A stretch of DNA of 64,000 bases from Nitrospirota bacterium (GTDB lineage: Bacteria > Nitrospirota > UBA9217). The notes below the pieces were generated by a model. That model made no database searches. It was not told the DNA's origin and saw only the letters and a program-made list of their open reading frames with translations. The stretch covers positions 544,001-608,000 of the forward strand of contig CAWFSF010000006.1 of the NCBI GenBank assembly GCA_963818475.1, in the 5' to 3' direction. Shown here piece by piece: positions 1 to 10,609 of this stretch (the stretch's first letter is position 1; each line of letters starts with the position of its first letter). Made by a program: the position numbers and the translations under genes.

Positions 1-4
1 GCTC

Positions 5-1156
5 GTGGCAGGGGCCTTCGTTCTGTCATCGCTCTACCATGTTTTCGGCATCAAACAGCTGAAGGACATGGCGCGCTTTGCGCTGGTATTCTCCTTCGCC
101 CTGCTGTTTGTGGCGCCCATGCCCATCATGCTCCACCTCCAGTTCCCGTTCCGCGGCATGGAGATCTTCATGACACCGCACTTCACCTCGGCCATTGCCG
201 CTTTTGGCGTGGTGTTCTTCGCCTACGGAGCGATCGTGGCGTCGGAGCTCTGGTTCCTTTACCGGAAGCATTTTGTCGAGGTGTCGCTTAAGCTTAGGGA
301 AAAGCAGGACAAAACCCTGACTGAGTGGCTTCAGTATTTGATCTTCTGCTCACTGACCCTGGGTGTGTATGATGTCAGCGAAGAAGCGCTTCACCGGGAC
401 GAAAAGGCCATCAAGATCCTGGCCGGCATCGGTATCCCGGTGGCCTGCTTCCTTCACGGCTATGCCGGGTTCATCTTCGGATCTGTCAAGGCAAATGCGC
501 TCTGGATGACGCCGCTCATGCCGGTCATCTTCATCATGTCAGCGGTCGTATCGGGCATTGCGCTCTGCATGCTCACCTACATCGTCACCATGGAGTTCAA
601 GAAGTTTCTCGCCTCGCGCAGGAATGAGGCACGCGGCGCTTTCCGGTCAAAAGAGGAGATCATCGGCGTTGAGGTCAACGTCATCCGGATGACCGCCAAA
701 TACCTCGTTTTTTTCCTGGTCGCCGCCATCAGCCTTGAACTTCTTGATCTGATCTTCCGCACCTATACGGCGGTCAAGTCCTGGGACGTGCTGCGCAGTG
801 TTATTTATGAACGGGATTTCTACGATATCTTCATCATGCAGTACGGCATCGGGAACCTCGTGCCGCTCATCCTGTTCCTGATCCCGGGCCTGACGATCAG
901 AAGGGCCGTTCTCGCCGTTCTCCTCGTGCTCTTCGGCGTGTTCATGATGCGATGGAACGTGGTGATCGGCGGCCAGGCGTTCTCGCTCTCCTTTGCCGGC
1001 TATATGCACTACCACCTGCCGATCATCCCGCATGACTGGGAGACGTTCAAGGAAGGGTTGTTCGGTGCGCTCGGCATCTTCATCATGCCCTTCATCTTGT
1101 TCTGGGTGATCGCCAAAATATTCCCTGTTTTCCCCGAAAGGGAACAGTCGTCGTAA
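5..1156 (+). CDS. NrfD/PsrC-family polytopic membrane anchor subunit (5'-truncated at window edge)
   Basis: Many hydrophobic helices; NrfD-like motifs LHGYAGFIFG, W-TPLMPVIFIMSAVVSG and MRWNVVIGGQ; next to multiheme cytochromes. Confidence 0.8.
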   Translation: MAGAFVLSSLYHVFGIKQLKDMARFALVFSFALLFVAPMPIMLHLQFPFRGMEIFMTPHFTSAIAAFGVVFFAYGAIVASELWFLYRKHFVEVSLKLREKQDKTLTEWLQYLIFCSLTLGVYDVSEEALHRDEKAIKILAGIGIPVACFLHGYAGFIFGSVKANALWMTPLMPVIFIMSAVVSGIALCMLTYIVTMEFKKFLASRRNEARGAFRSKEEIIGVEVNVIRMTAKYLVFFLVAAISLELLDLIFRTYTAVKSWDVLRSVIYERDFYDIFIMQYGIGNLVPLILFLIPGLTIRRAVLAVLLVLFGVFMMRWNVVIGGQAFSLSFAGYMHYHLPIIPHDWETFKEGLFGALGIFIMPFILFWVIAKIFPVFPEREQSS

Positions 1157-1173
1157 CGATGGACTCTACCGTA

Positions 1174-1201
1174 GCGGCGGGGCGCAATGCCCCGCCGTTT
1201 T
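1174..1201 (+). terminator. Rho-independent terminator
   Basis: GCGGCGGGGC-gcaat-GCCCCGCCGT hairpin followed by a short T-run just after the NrfD stop. Confidence 0.75.
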
Positions 1202-1205
1202 ATAT

Positions 1206-1315
1206 TATTGTGTCACACAATATCTTGCCGAACTAAACCGCTTTCCGCTGTGTAATTCCATGAAAAAATCATCACTGATAAAGATATTGACATCATTTTC
1301 GAGCTATGTTATAAA
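1206..1315 (+). promoter_or_regulatory. Sigma70 promoter with upstream palindromic operator
   Basis: Palindrome TATTGTGT-C-ACACAATA (1206-1222); TTGACA (1287-1292)-N17-TATAAA (1310-1315) with an extended -10 TG. Confidence 0.6.
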
Positions 1316-1367
1316 AGCTCGCTTAGTGGTATAATTATCTAGGTGAAATGGATGGGGGATATATCAC

Positions 1368-2391
1368 GTGGGATGGGTCAAAGACAAAATTGTCGGGAAT
1401 TTTAACATGGTTAAGGAACGGCTGAAAGAGCCGCTCTCCTTAAAGGCAAAGTTATTGATCATCAGCCTAGCTGTTGATCATCGTTGGCGGCGGCGGGTTC
1501 ATCGCTTTCAAGTTTTACGATTTTACCCAGAACAATCCGAAGTTCTGCGTTGGCTGTCATTTGATGCAGCCGGCATACGACAGCTGGGCACAGAGCGAAC
1601 ATAAGCAGCTTAACTGTCATGACTGTCATCACCTGACCATCATAGAGCAGAACCAGCTGCTGATCAGCTTTGTGCTGAAGCGCCCGACTACAGTGCCCGA
1701 GCGCCACAAAGATCATGTCATCGTAAGTCAGAAATACTGCAATCAGTGCCATACGGCAGGTGGAAAGGGCGGCCAGATCAATAAATCGCTCTTCCATGCC
1801 AAGCATGTGTATATGGAGCAGATCGAGTGCACCCAGTGCCACGGCGAGGTGAAGGCCGATAAGTCCGGGCTCCACCATTTCCTGCCCACGGAAAAGTTCT
1901 GCCAGAAATGCCATCCGGGCAAAGCGGTGCATGGTGAAGGCATGGGCGGACTTGCCTGTCTTAACTGCCATACCGACCGGACCAAGGACCTCAGGCCGGG
2001 ACGGAAAAAGTGCCTCTACTGCCACAGTAATAACGAGAATATCCGCAAGGAACTGAAAGAAGACGCTACCATGGATGTTCGTTTCTTCGCACCCGATGCA
2101 GCGACCATCAAAAAAGCAAAGAAGATCTCGTTTGATGAAAAGGCACCTATGCAGTTCTACTGCTATGAATGCCACAAGCCTCATACGGCGGGCAAGGTGA
2201 AGCCGAGTAACGAGGACTGCCTGCGGTGCCATATGGGCGTGTCCAAGATCGGCAAACACAAGGTCCATCTCAATATGGACATGCAGTGCAAGGATTGCCA
2301 CAAGCCGCATATCTGGAAAGTGACCGAGGCTTCGGCCAAGAAGGACTGCGTCCAGTGCCATGAGTACCGGAGCCCGAAAACGTTTCTCTAG
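1368..2391 (+). CDS. Membrane-anchored 11-heme cytochrome c (NapC/NirT-like N-terminus), +1 frameshift near 1470
   Basis: 11 CxxCH motifs in 1474..2391. The ORF starting at GTG 1368 supplies the N-terminus (LKAKLLIISL) and joins the TM helix (LIIVGGGGFIAF) if one base is removed near 1470. Confidence 0.85.
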
Positions 2392-2492
2392 GATCATCCC
2401 GGTGTCTTGACGGGCGGCAGCATGAATGGATTCCCAACTCGCGCCCGTGCAGTGTATAAATCATTCTATCGATGAAAGGAGGTGAAACTATA

Positions 2493-2813
2493 ATGAAAAA
2501 GCTTCTCGTAATCGCAATCGTCATGATCGTGACCTTCGTTCTTTCCGTTTCGGCATTCGCAGTTCCGGCGGGCAAGACCGTAGAGTTCGACGGCAAGGGC
2601 GGCGGCAAGGTGGTGTTTGACGGCAAGGCTCACGCCGACAAGGGCCTCAAGTGCGCTGATTGTCATCCGGGCAACTTCAAGATGAAGAAGGGCGATGCAG
2701 TGATCACCATGAAGGACATGGAGGCCGGCAAGAACTGTGGCGCATGCCACAACGGCACCAAGGCTTTCAGCGTGAAGGATGCAGCCAACTGTGCAAAGTG
2801 CCACAAGAAGTAA
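2493..2813 (+). CDS. Periplasmic triheme cytochrome c7/c3-like protein
   Basis: SD AGGAGGTG before ATG 2493; signal peptide MKKLLVIAIV...AFA; CADCH, CGACH, CAKCH; VFDGKAH distal His. Confidence 0.9.
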   Translation: MKKLLVIAIVMIVTFVLSVSAFAVPAGKTVEFDGKGGGKVVFDGKAHADKGLKCADCHPGNFKMKKGDAVITMKDMEAGKNCGACHNGTKAFSVKDAANCAKCHKK

Positions 2814-2836
2814 GTTGAATGTCTTTATCAGGCAAC

Positions 2837-2872
2837 AAAAAACCCTCACGAGCATATCGTGAGGGTTTTTTT
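2837..2872. terminator. Bidirectional intrinsic terminator
   Basis: A6-CCCTCACGA-gcata-TCGTGAGGG-T7 between the convergent cytochrome and tRNA-Sec genes. Confidence 0.85.
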
Positions 2873-2877
2873 ATGTG

Positions 2878-2976
2878 TGGCGGGAGAGCATGAGAATCGA
2901 ACTCACCTTTCCTGGCTCACGCCAGGAAACAGCGGATTTGAAGTCCGGGACGGGCACCAGCTCCGTAACCTCTCCC
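2878..2976 (-). tRNA. selC: tRNA-Sec (anticodon UCA)
   Basis: Minus strand: GGGAGAGG...GGA-CTTCAAA-TCC, long variable arm TTTCCTGGC-GTGA-GCCAGGAAA, T-arm GTGAG-TTCGATT-CTCAT, 3' GCCA; 99 nt. Confidence 0.9.
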
Positions 2977-3384
2977 ATGAGCAAAAAAAGTATACTTGAG
3001 ACATTGCCGGATGGCAAGCAAATTCAACAACACTGTAAGAGCATCGGTTCGTCATCGTGAAGCGTCTGTTCCTGCTTATTCCTCGTCAAAAGATGGACAC
3101 GAAACTCTCCGGGTTCTCTTCTGATAATGGCAGAAAAAAAGAGCTTATCCGACACTCTGCATTGTGGCCTGTCAATTTGGATTTTTTCAGGCTGAACGCA
3201 CGGTTATTGACAAATTAGACGATTTCTTGTATCGTGGCCTTGCATTGATCAACAAAATCTTTCTTGACTGCGGTACGCGGCGGACGCTTGGGAACGATCA
3301 CTCGGACGATGGTACGCTCCGGGTGAATTATCCATGATCCCGTCCACACTACGCATCTTGTTATAGTAACAGCGGAGACGAAGC

Positions 3385-4080
3385 GTGATACCGCTCAGGG
3401 ACATAAATCCAACAGAGCGCTTTGCAATTGTAACGCTGCTGCTGGTCATCGCGAACAGTGCGGTGTTTTTTTATGAATTGACGCTAGGCCGGACCGGTGG
3501 AGAACTGTTCTTGTCCTCCTACGCCCTGATCCCCGCGAGGCTCTTCTCTCCCGCGGTGCTCAACGACGGGTCGTTGCCGGCTGCCGCAACGATCATCACT
3601 TCAATGTTTCTGCACGGCGGAATCCCTCATATTGCCGGCAATATGCTCTACCTCTGGATATTTGGCAATAATATTGAGGACGCCATGGGCCGCTTGCGGT
3701 TCATTCTATTTTACCTGGTCTGCGGCACGGTGGCTGCGATGACCCATGCTTTCGCGAACACATCTTCGATCATTCCGATGATCGGAGCAAGTGGCGCTGT
3801 CTCCGGCGTGCTCGGTGCCTATGCGATCCTTTACCCGAGAGCCCGGGTCGTGACGCTGGTGTTCTTCGGTTTCTACATTCGGACCATGGAAATACCGGCA
3901 CTGTTTGTGCTGGGCTCCTGGTTCGTGATACAGTTTTTGAGCGCTCTGTCTGCATCTTCAGGTGGTGGGATTGCCTGGTATGCCCATGTCGGCGGATTTG
4001 TGACGGGGATGATCCTGATCGGTCTATTTAAGCGAAGCGAAGTTCCCTATGGCGGTGGAAGGAGATCTCACTCCCTATGA
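3385..4080 (+). CDS. Rhomboid-family intramembrane serine protease
   Basis: SMFLHGG..H..GNM, GASGAVSG (catalytic Ser), AHVGGF (catalytic His). Confidence 0.95.
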   Translation: MIPLRDINPTERFAIVTLLLVIANSAVFFYELTLGRTGGELFLSSYALIPARLFSPAVLNDGSLPAAATIITSMFLHGGIPHIAGNMLYLWIFGNNIEDAMGRLRFILFYLVCGTVAAMTHAFANTSSIIPMIGASGAVSGVLGAYAILYPRARVVTLVFFGFYIRTMEIPALFVLGSWFVIQFLSALSASSGGGIAWYAHVGGFVTGMILIGLFKRSEVPYGGGRRSHSL

Positions 4081-5147
4081 TTGTTCCGTGCGAATGTGGT
4101 GCGAAGCTCAGGGTCGATGATGCTAAGGTCAAGGATAAAAGCGTAAAAGTGCGGTGTCCCCGGTGCGGCAATGTCCTGTTGGTGCATAAACAACCGGCAG
4201 AGCGCGTTAGCGGCCAGCCCGCCAAAACTGCTGCTCTCCGACCGTCGGGCGCTCCCCTGGTGCTTGTCGCACATGATAGTGAGGTTGTCAGAACCATGAT
4301 CACGGGAGTGCTTCAGGATGCGGATTTTACCGTGGACACGGCCTGCAACGGCCATGAAGCGCTTAAAAAGGCGATCAATTCAAGACCGCAGGCGATGGTT
4401 CTCGATGTAGGGTTGTCCGGCATCTACGGCTTTGAATTGTGTGAACGGCTTAAGGGTGATGTGCGGACGTCTGCAATGAAAATCGTGCTCTTGTCGTCGG
4501 TCTATGATATGCGGCGGTATAAACGGACACCGGTAAGTCTCTATGGAGCCGATGACTATATAGAAAAACACCATATTCCTGATTTTTTACCCATTAAGAT
4601 CCGCAAACTTATCCAACCGGGAGAAAACTGCGAGCCAAAGACGGCAAGTGTTTCCTGCGACGCCCCCCCGAAAAAAGAAGCCCCGTCCCGAGAGTTCGAT
4701 CTCTCGTTATTCAAACCGGCAAGTTTAATGAATGCGGAGTCGGAATCGGCGGCTGTCGGTGCTGCGGTTTCAGCGCCAGGGTCCGTTACCGTTCGCGCTG
4801 ACACGCCTGATAGTTCTGCCATATCACCGGAGTCGCTTAGCCTTGAAGCGTCCATCTTTCAAAAAGAAGAGTGCGATATCCCGACCGTGGATGCAGCGGA
4901 CCCTGAAGCAACGGAAAAGGCCAGGCGTTTTGCAAGGATCATCGTGTCGGATATTGCGTTGTATAACCAGGATGCCGTTGTAGATGGTTTGCAAAACGGC
5001 ACCTTTTATGATTTGCTCAGGAACGATGTGACTGAGGGCAGGGAACTCTATGAAAAAAGGGTTCCAGCCGCGGTCAGGGCAAAAAAGGATTACTACCAGG
5101 AAGCATTTGATAATTTTATTAAGACACAAAAGAAGATTGTTCGTTGA
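4077..5147 (+). CDS. Response regulator with N-terminal zinc-ribbon (MJ0042-like) and conserved C-terminal domain
   Basis: CECG...CPRC zinc ribbon; REC domain (MVLDVGL, GADDYIEK); C-terminal ARRFARIIVSDIALYNQ segment; ATGA overlap with rhomboid. Confidence 0.8.
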   Translation: MIVPCECGAKLRVDDAKVKDKSVKVRCPRCGNVLLVHKQPAERVSGQPAKTAALRPSGAPLVLVAHDSEVVRTMITGVLQDADFTVDTACNGHEALKKAINSRPQAMVLDVGLSGIYGFELCERLKGDVRTSAMKIVLLSSVYDMRRYKRTPVSLYGADDYIEKHHIPDFLPIKIRKLIQPGENCEPKTASVSCDAPPKKEAPSREFDLSLFKPASLMNAESESAAVGAAVSAPGSVTVRADTPDSSAISPESLSLEASIFQKEECDIPTVDAADPEATEKARRFARIIVSDIALYNQDAVVDGLQNGTFYDLLRNDVTEGRELYEKRVPAAVRAKKDYYQEAFDNFIKTQKKIVR

Positions 5148-5172
5148 CAACTGAATTGACTTAGTATAGTAT
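5144..5172 (+). promoter_or_regulatory. Sigma70 promoter of tRNA-Pro
   Basis: TTGACA (5144-5149)-N17-TAGTAT (5167-5172). Confidence 0.6.
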
Positions 5173-5181
5173 ACGGGCTTG

Positions 5182-5259
<78 letters not shown>

Positions 5260-5728
5260 TTTTTTCCCATATAGTATCTTGCAGCAGAGACGATATTTAC
5301 GCTGAACATCGGGAGCCGATTCGCGATGCCCTTGTGCGGGCCTGTTCTCAATGCGTGACCACCGTGCTATTCAGAAGCGTGACCGGAGTCATTCAACAAT
5401 GCTTCCACAGGTCTTATTTCGATGTTCGGGTCGCGGGTTTCGCCCGGTTATTGCCTCCCCCCTGGTGTACAGCAGCCAACCATAATCATTTTTTACTGAT
5501 GACCGGATTTCAGGAGCAGGTTCATATCATGCTTGCTCAGACCTCGGTCAGACCGATGCTGCAGGATAGTAGGCAAAACATATCCTGCATGCCAATCAGG
5601 GTTGGCTTTGTTGCAAACCAGGTTTATTACCGGACAGGCGCTTCCGGTGTTGCCGCAGGTGGCGGACTTTCTGATGATATAAAAGGGGCATTGCTACATC
5701 CCTTTTTTTGCCACCCCAAGAGGTATTC

Positions 5729-6682
5729 ATGAGTGAGAGGGAAAAGTCGGTCGATGACATGATGGGTGAGGAACCCTATAGCGAGGAAATTGAAGAAAAA
5801 AATGAGGTAGAGAAAAAAAACAGCAGTGAGGCTGAAGAGAGCGCTTCGGGACGAGGCCTCGATGCCATCAAGTTTTACCTCAAGGAAATACGCAAGACGC
5901 CGCTCCTTAACTTCGATCAAGAACAAGAACTGGCAAAACGTATCGCCCAGGGAGATCAGAGTGCCCGCGCCAAGATGATCGAGGCCAATCTGCGTCTCGT
6001 TGTTGCCATCGGCAAGAAGTACATCAACCGGGGCCTTCAGTTCTCCGATATCATTGAAGAAGGGAATCTGGGGCTCATTCGGGCAGTTGAGAAATTTCAA
6101 TACGAACGCGGTTTCAAATTCAGCACCTATGCCTCATGGTGGATCAAGCAGTCCATCGAGCGGGCCATCGTGAACCAGACGAGGACCATCCGCCTTCCGG
6201 TCCACATTGCCGAGATCGTTAACTCGTATATGCGCGCCACGCGACAGTTGACGCAGTCCCTGGGGCGTGATCCGCAGATCGAAGAGATCGCGAAAAAAAT
6301 GGGAAAAACCGTCGAGAAGGTGCGAAGCATCTCGCAGGTGGTGCGGGAGACCTACTCCCTGGACATGCTGATCGGCGATCAGGAGGAAGATACCCTCAAG
6401 GACATCCTGCAGGACACCAACGCTCTCTCTCCCGCCAGTCTTTCAGATGATAAACGCAGACGAGAGCATATCGACGAATGGCTTACCAAACTTACCGTAT
6501 CCGAACGGAAGGTCGTCGAGATGCGCTTCGGTCTCGTGGACGGGGAGCCACAGACCCTGGACAGCATCGGGAAGGAATTTCACATCACCCGGGAGCGGGT
6601 CCGTCAGATCGAGACCCAGGCGCTCAAAAAATTGCGAGACATCACGAGGCGGAAAAAGATCGATTTTGAGGAGATGGTGTAA
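5729..6682 (+). CDS. rpoS: Group 2 sigma-70 factor, RpoS-like
   Basis: Region 1.2 (YLKEI..TPLL), region 2 ([28 protein letters not shown]), RTIRLPVH, region 4 TRERVRQIE; no region 1.1. Confidence 0.75.
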   Translation: MSEREKSVDDMMGEEPYSEEIEEKNEVEKKNSSEAEESASGRGLDAIKFYLKEIRKTPLLNFDQEQELAKRIAQGDQSARAKMIEANLRLVVAIGKKYINRGLQFSDIIEEGNLGLIRAVEKFQYERGFKFSTYASWWIKQSIERAIVNQTRTIRLPVHIAEIVNSYMRATRQLTQSLGRDPQIEEIAKKMGKTVEKVRSISQVVRETYSLDMLIGDQEEDTLKDILQDTNALSPASLSDDKRRREHIDEWLTKLTVSERKVVEMRFGLVDGEPQTLDSIGKEFHITRERVRQIETQALKKLRDITRRKKIDFEEMV

Positions 6683-6775
6683 TAAATTCTGAATACGGAA
6701 TTGAGAATGCAGAATTATAATAAGACAAAACTACGGATTTTTTACTCCGCATTCGCTATTTCTCATTACAATACC

Positions 6776-6852
6776 GCCCCTGTAGCTCAGGTGGATAGAG
6801 CAACGGTTTCCTAAACCGTGTGCCGGAAGTTCGAATCTTCCCAGGGGCACCA
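6776..6852 (+). tRNA. tRNA-Arg (CCT); integration target
   Basis: Cloverleaf with ACGGT-TTCCTAA-ACCGT anticodon arm, GTTCGAATC and CCA end. Confidence 0.97.
6808..6852 (+). repeat. attL core (45 bp)
   Basis: TTCCTAAACCGTGTGCCGGAAGTTCGAATCTTCCCAGGGGCACCA, identical to 20631-20675. Confidence 0.95.
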
Positions 6853-6860
6853 ATTTTAAG

Positions 6861-8072
6861 TTATTTCAATGACTTGGATTTAGGAAAAGACAGCAGAACT
6901 TCTCTACCTGGGCCTGTACCTGTGCCTTTGGCAAGGTTTGCAGTCTCTTCTTTATGCTTCTGTTCCAGCTTTTCCCTTAGCTTCCGGTGATACTGCGTCA
7001 CCTTATCCGCAGCCTCTTTTAAATCTTCCTCGCTCGTGATGTTGTACCGGTCGAAGACTGACCGCGTTTTGTGACCGCTTACCCGCATCGCGGTTGTTTC
7101 GGGGACCCCGCTACGTATAAGGTTCCTGACCCCGGTCCTGCGAAGATCATGAAAGAGCTTTTCGCTTAACCCTGCCTGCTTGCACGCTGTTGTCCAGGCC
7201 TTACGGCCGTCCTGCTTGATCTTGTGACCGTCGCGGAAAAAAACATATTGGCAGTCCGGAAATTGCTGCTCATGTAGCGCATACTGATTTGAAATCGCCT
7301 CATAGAGCTCACCCGTGAGGTAAATGATACGCGACTCATCGGTCTTCGTGTTGTCCGCGTCAAGGGTGATCTTGCCTTCCTCGAGGCTTACGTTTTGCCA
7401 GGTAATGGACATGAGTTCACCCCGACGAACGCCTGTGTGATACGCTGTTATCAAAACGGGCTTCAGGTATTCCGGCAGCCTCTCGAGGAGCTTCACATAG
7501 TCGCTGTACTCGAAGAAGCCCTGCCGGGCATTGTTCTCCTTTAGCATGGCGATATGAGGGGGATTGATGACCGTCGGCGGGCTTTGACGGGCGCCCAAGT
7601 TGAACATGCGCCTCAACGCGCTGAGCTCCCGATTTATTGTTCCATTTTCGGCGTCTTCTTTTTGCCGCTTCCGGATGTAGCTGGATATCTGTCCGGACTG
7701 GATATCCGCAACTCTTCTCCCGCCGAAATGCTTTCTCAGGTTGTCTATCAGCGACTTGAGCCGCGATACGGATTTTCTCCCGTTCATCTCGTAGTCATCG
7801 ATCATGTATTGCGCGATGTCGTCAAAGGTGGTTTTCTTGACTGCCAAGCCGGGGAAGGTATTTGTCGCTACCTGTCCTTCCCGGAGTGCCAGGACTTTCC
7901 GCGCATGATCGTAAGACGTTGACTCCGTGCTTTCACGGTACGGTTTCCCGTCCCTGTAATACTTTATCCAGTACGTTTTACCTTCTCGGGTGACGGTCTT
8001 GCCGTTCGCGGCCTTAATGGGCTTACCGTCCGCGTCCTTGCATGCATGTTTACGCTTGAAGATGCTTCCCAT
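6861..8072 (-). CDS. int: Phage-type tyrosine integrase
   Basis: N-terminal arm-binding region ([16 protein letters not shown]); [24 protein letters not shown] catalytic set. Confidence 0.95.
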   Translation of the reverse strand: MGSIFKRKHACKDADGKPIKAANGKTVTREGKTYWIKYYRDGKPYRESTESTSYDHARKVLALREGQVATNTFPGLAVKKTTFDDIAQYMIDDYEMNGRKSVSRLKSLIDNLRKHFGGRRVADIQSGQISSYIRKRQKEDAENGTINRELSALRRMFNLGARQSPPTVINPPHIAMLKENNARQGFFEYSDYVKLLERLPEYLKPVLITAYHTGVRRGELMSITWQNVSLEEGKITLDADNTKTDESRIIYLTGELYEAISNQYALHEQQFPDCQYVFFRDGHKIKQDGRKAWTTACKQAGLSEKLFHDLRRTGVRNLIRSGVPETTAMRVSGHKTRSVFDRYNITSEEDLKEAADKVTQYHRKLREKLEQKHKEETANLAKGTGTGPGREVLLSFPKSKSLK

Positions 8073-8073
8073 T

Positions 8074-8292
8074 CTATTTGCTCACCTCCTTACCCCTTGG
8101 CGGCCGGCCCCGGAGAGGCTTCTCAGTCCTCTTTTTCGTGCATGCAAGGGCAAGATGCAGAAAAGAGGGGATCTCTCTTTCTCCGTTTTCCCATCGGCTG
8201 ATGGTGACAACAGAGACTCCCAGGACTTTGGCAATCATACTTTGGCTATAGTTGTTTTTCTTTCGCCAAGTCTTGAGATCTTCGGGACTCAT
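8074..8292 (-). CDS. XRE-family HTH regulator, probably from a leaderless mRNA
   Basis: [32 protein letters not shown]; minus-strand TTGACA (8328-8323)-N18-TATACT (8304-8299) puts +1 near the ATG at 8292. Confidence 0.85.
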   Translation of the reverse strand: MSPEDLKTWRKKNNYSQSMIAKVLGVSVVTISRWENGEREIPSFLHLALACTKKRTEKPLRGRPPRGKEVSK

Positions 8293-8336
8293 GGGGTAAG
8301 TATAATTCAAGCATTAACCAAATGTCAATAGATATT

Positions 8337-8597
8337 TTAGAAATGATTTACGGTCTTACGGCTCTCGATCCAACTGTCCATATCGCCTCGGTCTAGATGG
8401 ATACGCCGGCCGTCTTTGATGAAGGGAATCTTCCCGGCCCATAACATTTCACGGACAGCACAGACGGTCCGTCCCAGGTAGTGCGCTGCTTCCGGGATGC
8501 TAAAAAGCCGCTTCGGCAAGAAATCGTCAGTCGCTGCGTTCGTTTTCGTTACATTATCTTTCATCGTATTATTTGAGTTATCGAGTGAACCTTGCAT
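8337..8597 (-). CDS. Excisionase-like HTH protein
   Basis: LFSIPEAAHYLG......REML..GKIP..KDGRRI; close to the integrase. Confidence 0.85.
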   Translation of the reverse strand: MQGSLDNSNNTMKDNVTKTNAATDDFLPKRLFSIPEAAHYLGRTVCAVREMLWAGKIPFIKDGRRIHLDRGDMDSWIESRKTVNHF

Positions 8598-8604
8598 AAT
8601 TCGG

Positions 8605-10188
8605 CTACGCCGTTGATATCGTCAGCTGCACGTTCCGGTCGCCTGCCCGGTTAATCGCCGGGATGACCTCGTTCTCCATGAGGCTGTCCCAGTATTCCTT
8701 GGTTCCGAGTCCGTTCTGAACATTGATCGTGATCTGCTGTCCGCCTGCGGCCTTGCTGTCCGCTCCGGCGATCGGGGGCAGGCCCGTTCCCGGGGACACG
8801 GGGTAGGTGCCCACGCCTCCGCCAGCGGAGATGCTGCCGCCCCCGCCGCCTCCTCCGTCCATGCTTTGGGACCGGATGGCCTTGACCTGGGCCATGCCCA
8901 TGGCGATAGCCGCTGCGGCCGCCAGGGCGCCGAGCACGGGGCCGACGTAGGGGATGCTGGCCATGGAATCGAAGGCCTTGATGGCGGCAGAATAGGTGCT
9001 GATCAACGCTTGGGCCGTGGCCGTCGCCTTGTAGATGCTGAAATACTTCCGGGCATGCGCCCCGCCCTGCTCGGACATCATCTTGGCGGCGGTGACGAAG
9101 TTTGTGGCTGCGGCATTGGCGGCCGCGATCCGCATCAGCTTGGTCTTTTCTTCCTGCTGCGCCATCATGGCCTGGCGTGCCATGTCGCGGTTGGCGTACT
9201 CCTGGCTGATGGCGTCCTGCGCGGCCTTGGCATCTCCCCAGGTGGCGGTCTCCTGCTGCAGCCGGGCCATCTTAGCCTCTGCCTGCAGGTCGAACTGGGC
9301 CAGCTCCAGGTTGTCCATCTCCACCTGGCTGGCGCCCTTGGCGGCGATCATGGTTCTGAAGGAGTTTACATATTCGGCGTCTCCTGCGAGGCGGCCGGCG
9401 GCGGTTAACTTAGAAGGGTTATAGTTTTCATAGGTAATCTTATTACTTAATCCCGCACGGTATGTTTGGTCGGCGGCTATCTGCTGCTTCATAATTGCTA
9501 TTGATGCAATGGATTCCCTGTTTTGTTCGCGGATCTGACTGGTACGTTCCTGCTCCATGGCAGCAGTGATGCCATATTCGGCGTCGTACCCTTTCAGTGC
9601 CTCCGTGCTGTACTTTACAACATGAGTTTTGGTTTTAAGTGCATCCTCTAAATCATTGAGCGCTTTCTTCTCGTCCCGGAGTTGTTTATCCATCTCCAAC
9701 TTCAGTAGCTCGCGCTTTGCGAGGAGAAGATTGTATGTGGCTTTCTTAGATTCCTCGGACGCCCCGGAATGGGCATAGAGTTCCTGAACCGCACCACGAA
9801 GCGTTGTTACATTTCGTTGCGTCTGTTCTACATCATGCTTCTTGGCCGCGGCTAAGTGGTTATAAGCCATGACCGACGCGCCAATGATAATCGAGACCGC
9901 TCCAAAGGCAACGGCAAAGCGGCCTGCGCCGGCGACGACGTCTTCAACAACATTGCCGAGCATGCGTGCGGCCTGGCCGGTGATGCCAATTTTCCCCCCG
10001 GCAGTTTCGGCGACCTCGCCCAAGCCCCAAAAGGCAAGTCTTCCAGCAGTACCCGCCTTTTCCGTACGCTTGCCGGTATCCTCGGCCTTATCTCCCATAT
10101 CGCCGATATCGGCCTTGGCCTTACGGAGGGTATCCTCTGCCAGGTTCAACGCCCGGATGACTACCTTAATGTCGCGTTCACTTCCCAT
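8605..10188 (-). CDS. Short phage tail tape-measure protein (527 aa)
   Basis: Ala/Gly-rich helical protein; N-terminal IKVVIRA.N.A..TL; hydrophobic segment; C-terminal ASIPYVGPVLGALAAAAAIAMGMAQVKAIR and ITINVQ; directly after a G/T chaperone pair. Confidence 0.8.
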   Translation of the reverse strand: MGSERDIKVVIRALNLAEDTLRKAKADIGDMGDKAEDTGKRTEKAGTAGRLAFWGLGEVAETAGGKIGITGQAARMLGNVVEDVVAGAGRFAVAFGAVSIIIGASVMAYNHLAAAKKHDVEQTQRNVTTLRGAVQELYAHSGASEESKKATYNLLLAKRELLKLEMDKQLRDEKKALNDLEDALKTKTHVVKYSTEALKGYDAEYGITAAMEQERTSQIREQNRESIASIAIMKQQIAADQTYRAGLSNKITYENYNPSKLTAAGRLAGDAEYVNSFRTMIAAKGASQVEMDNLELAQFDLQAEAKMARLQQETATWGDAKAAQDAISQEYANRDMARQAMMAQQEEKTKLMRIAAANAAATNFVTAAKMMSEQGGAHARKYFSIYKATATAQALISTYSAAIKAFDSMASIPYVGPVLGALAAAAAIAMGMAQVKAIRSQSMDGGGGGGGSISAGGGVGTYPVSPGTGLPPIAGADSKAAGGQQITINVQNGLGTKEYWDSLMENEVIPAINRAGDRNVQLTISTA

Positions 10189-10609
10189 TCGGCACCTTTG
10201 GCATGTTCTTTTTCCGCCACTCTGCTATCTCTCGCTTGTATAACTCGAAGGCTTCAACGAACCAGCAGGGCTGGTCTATCCACGCGCCGGGAAAGGGCAG
10301 TATCCCGGTCTCTTCCACCAGAAAGCAGAACCGCATGAGCTCCGCCGTCTCCTGCGTGATCCAGTTGACAGGGCATTCATAGAGGCGGATATCTCCCAGG
10401 ATGAAGACCTTGTCGAACCCCTTCATTTCCTCTGCGATTTCTTTTCTTTGCTCCTCGGACATACCCCTGAACACAAAGGCTGTTTCGTCCATCTCTCGCA
10501 GGTTGCCACAGTTACGCTTTTCCTGTTGCCGGTCGGAACAATCGTTACAGTCGAATGGGGGCTTCTGGTCTCCGCTGTTCTTCAGCTGGTAGCGGATGCC
10601 CCCGCAGAG
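10178..10609 (-). CDS. Tail assembly chaperone T segment (probable frameshift extension of G)
   Basis: The frame of ORF 10178..10492 stays open upstream to the GAAAAAC site (LCGGIRYQ...FDCNDC...NCGNLREMDET); overlaps the tape-measure start. Confidence 0.6.
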   Translation of the reverse strand, partial: LCGGIRYQLKNSGDQKPPFDCNDCSDRQQEKRNCGNLREMDETAFVFRGMSEEQRKEIAEEMKGFDKVFILGDIRLYECPVNWITQETAELMRFCFLVEETGILPFPGAWIDQPCWFVEAFELYKREIAEWRKKNMPKVPNGK

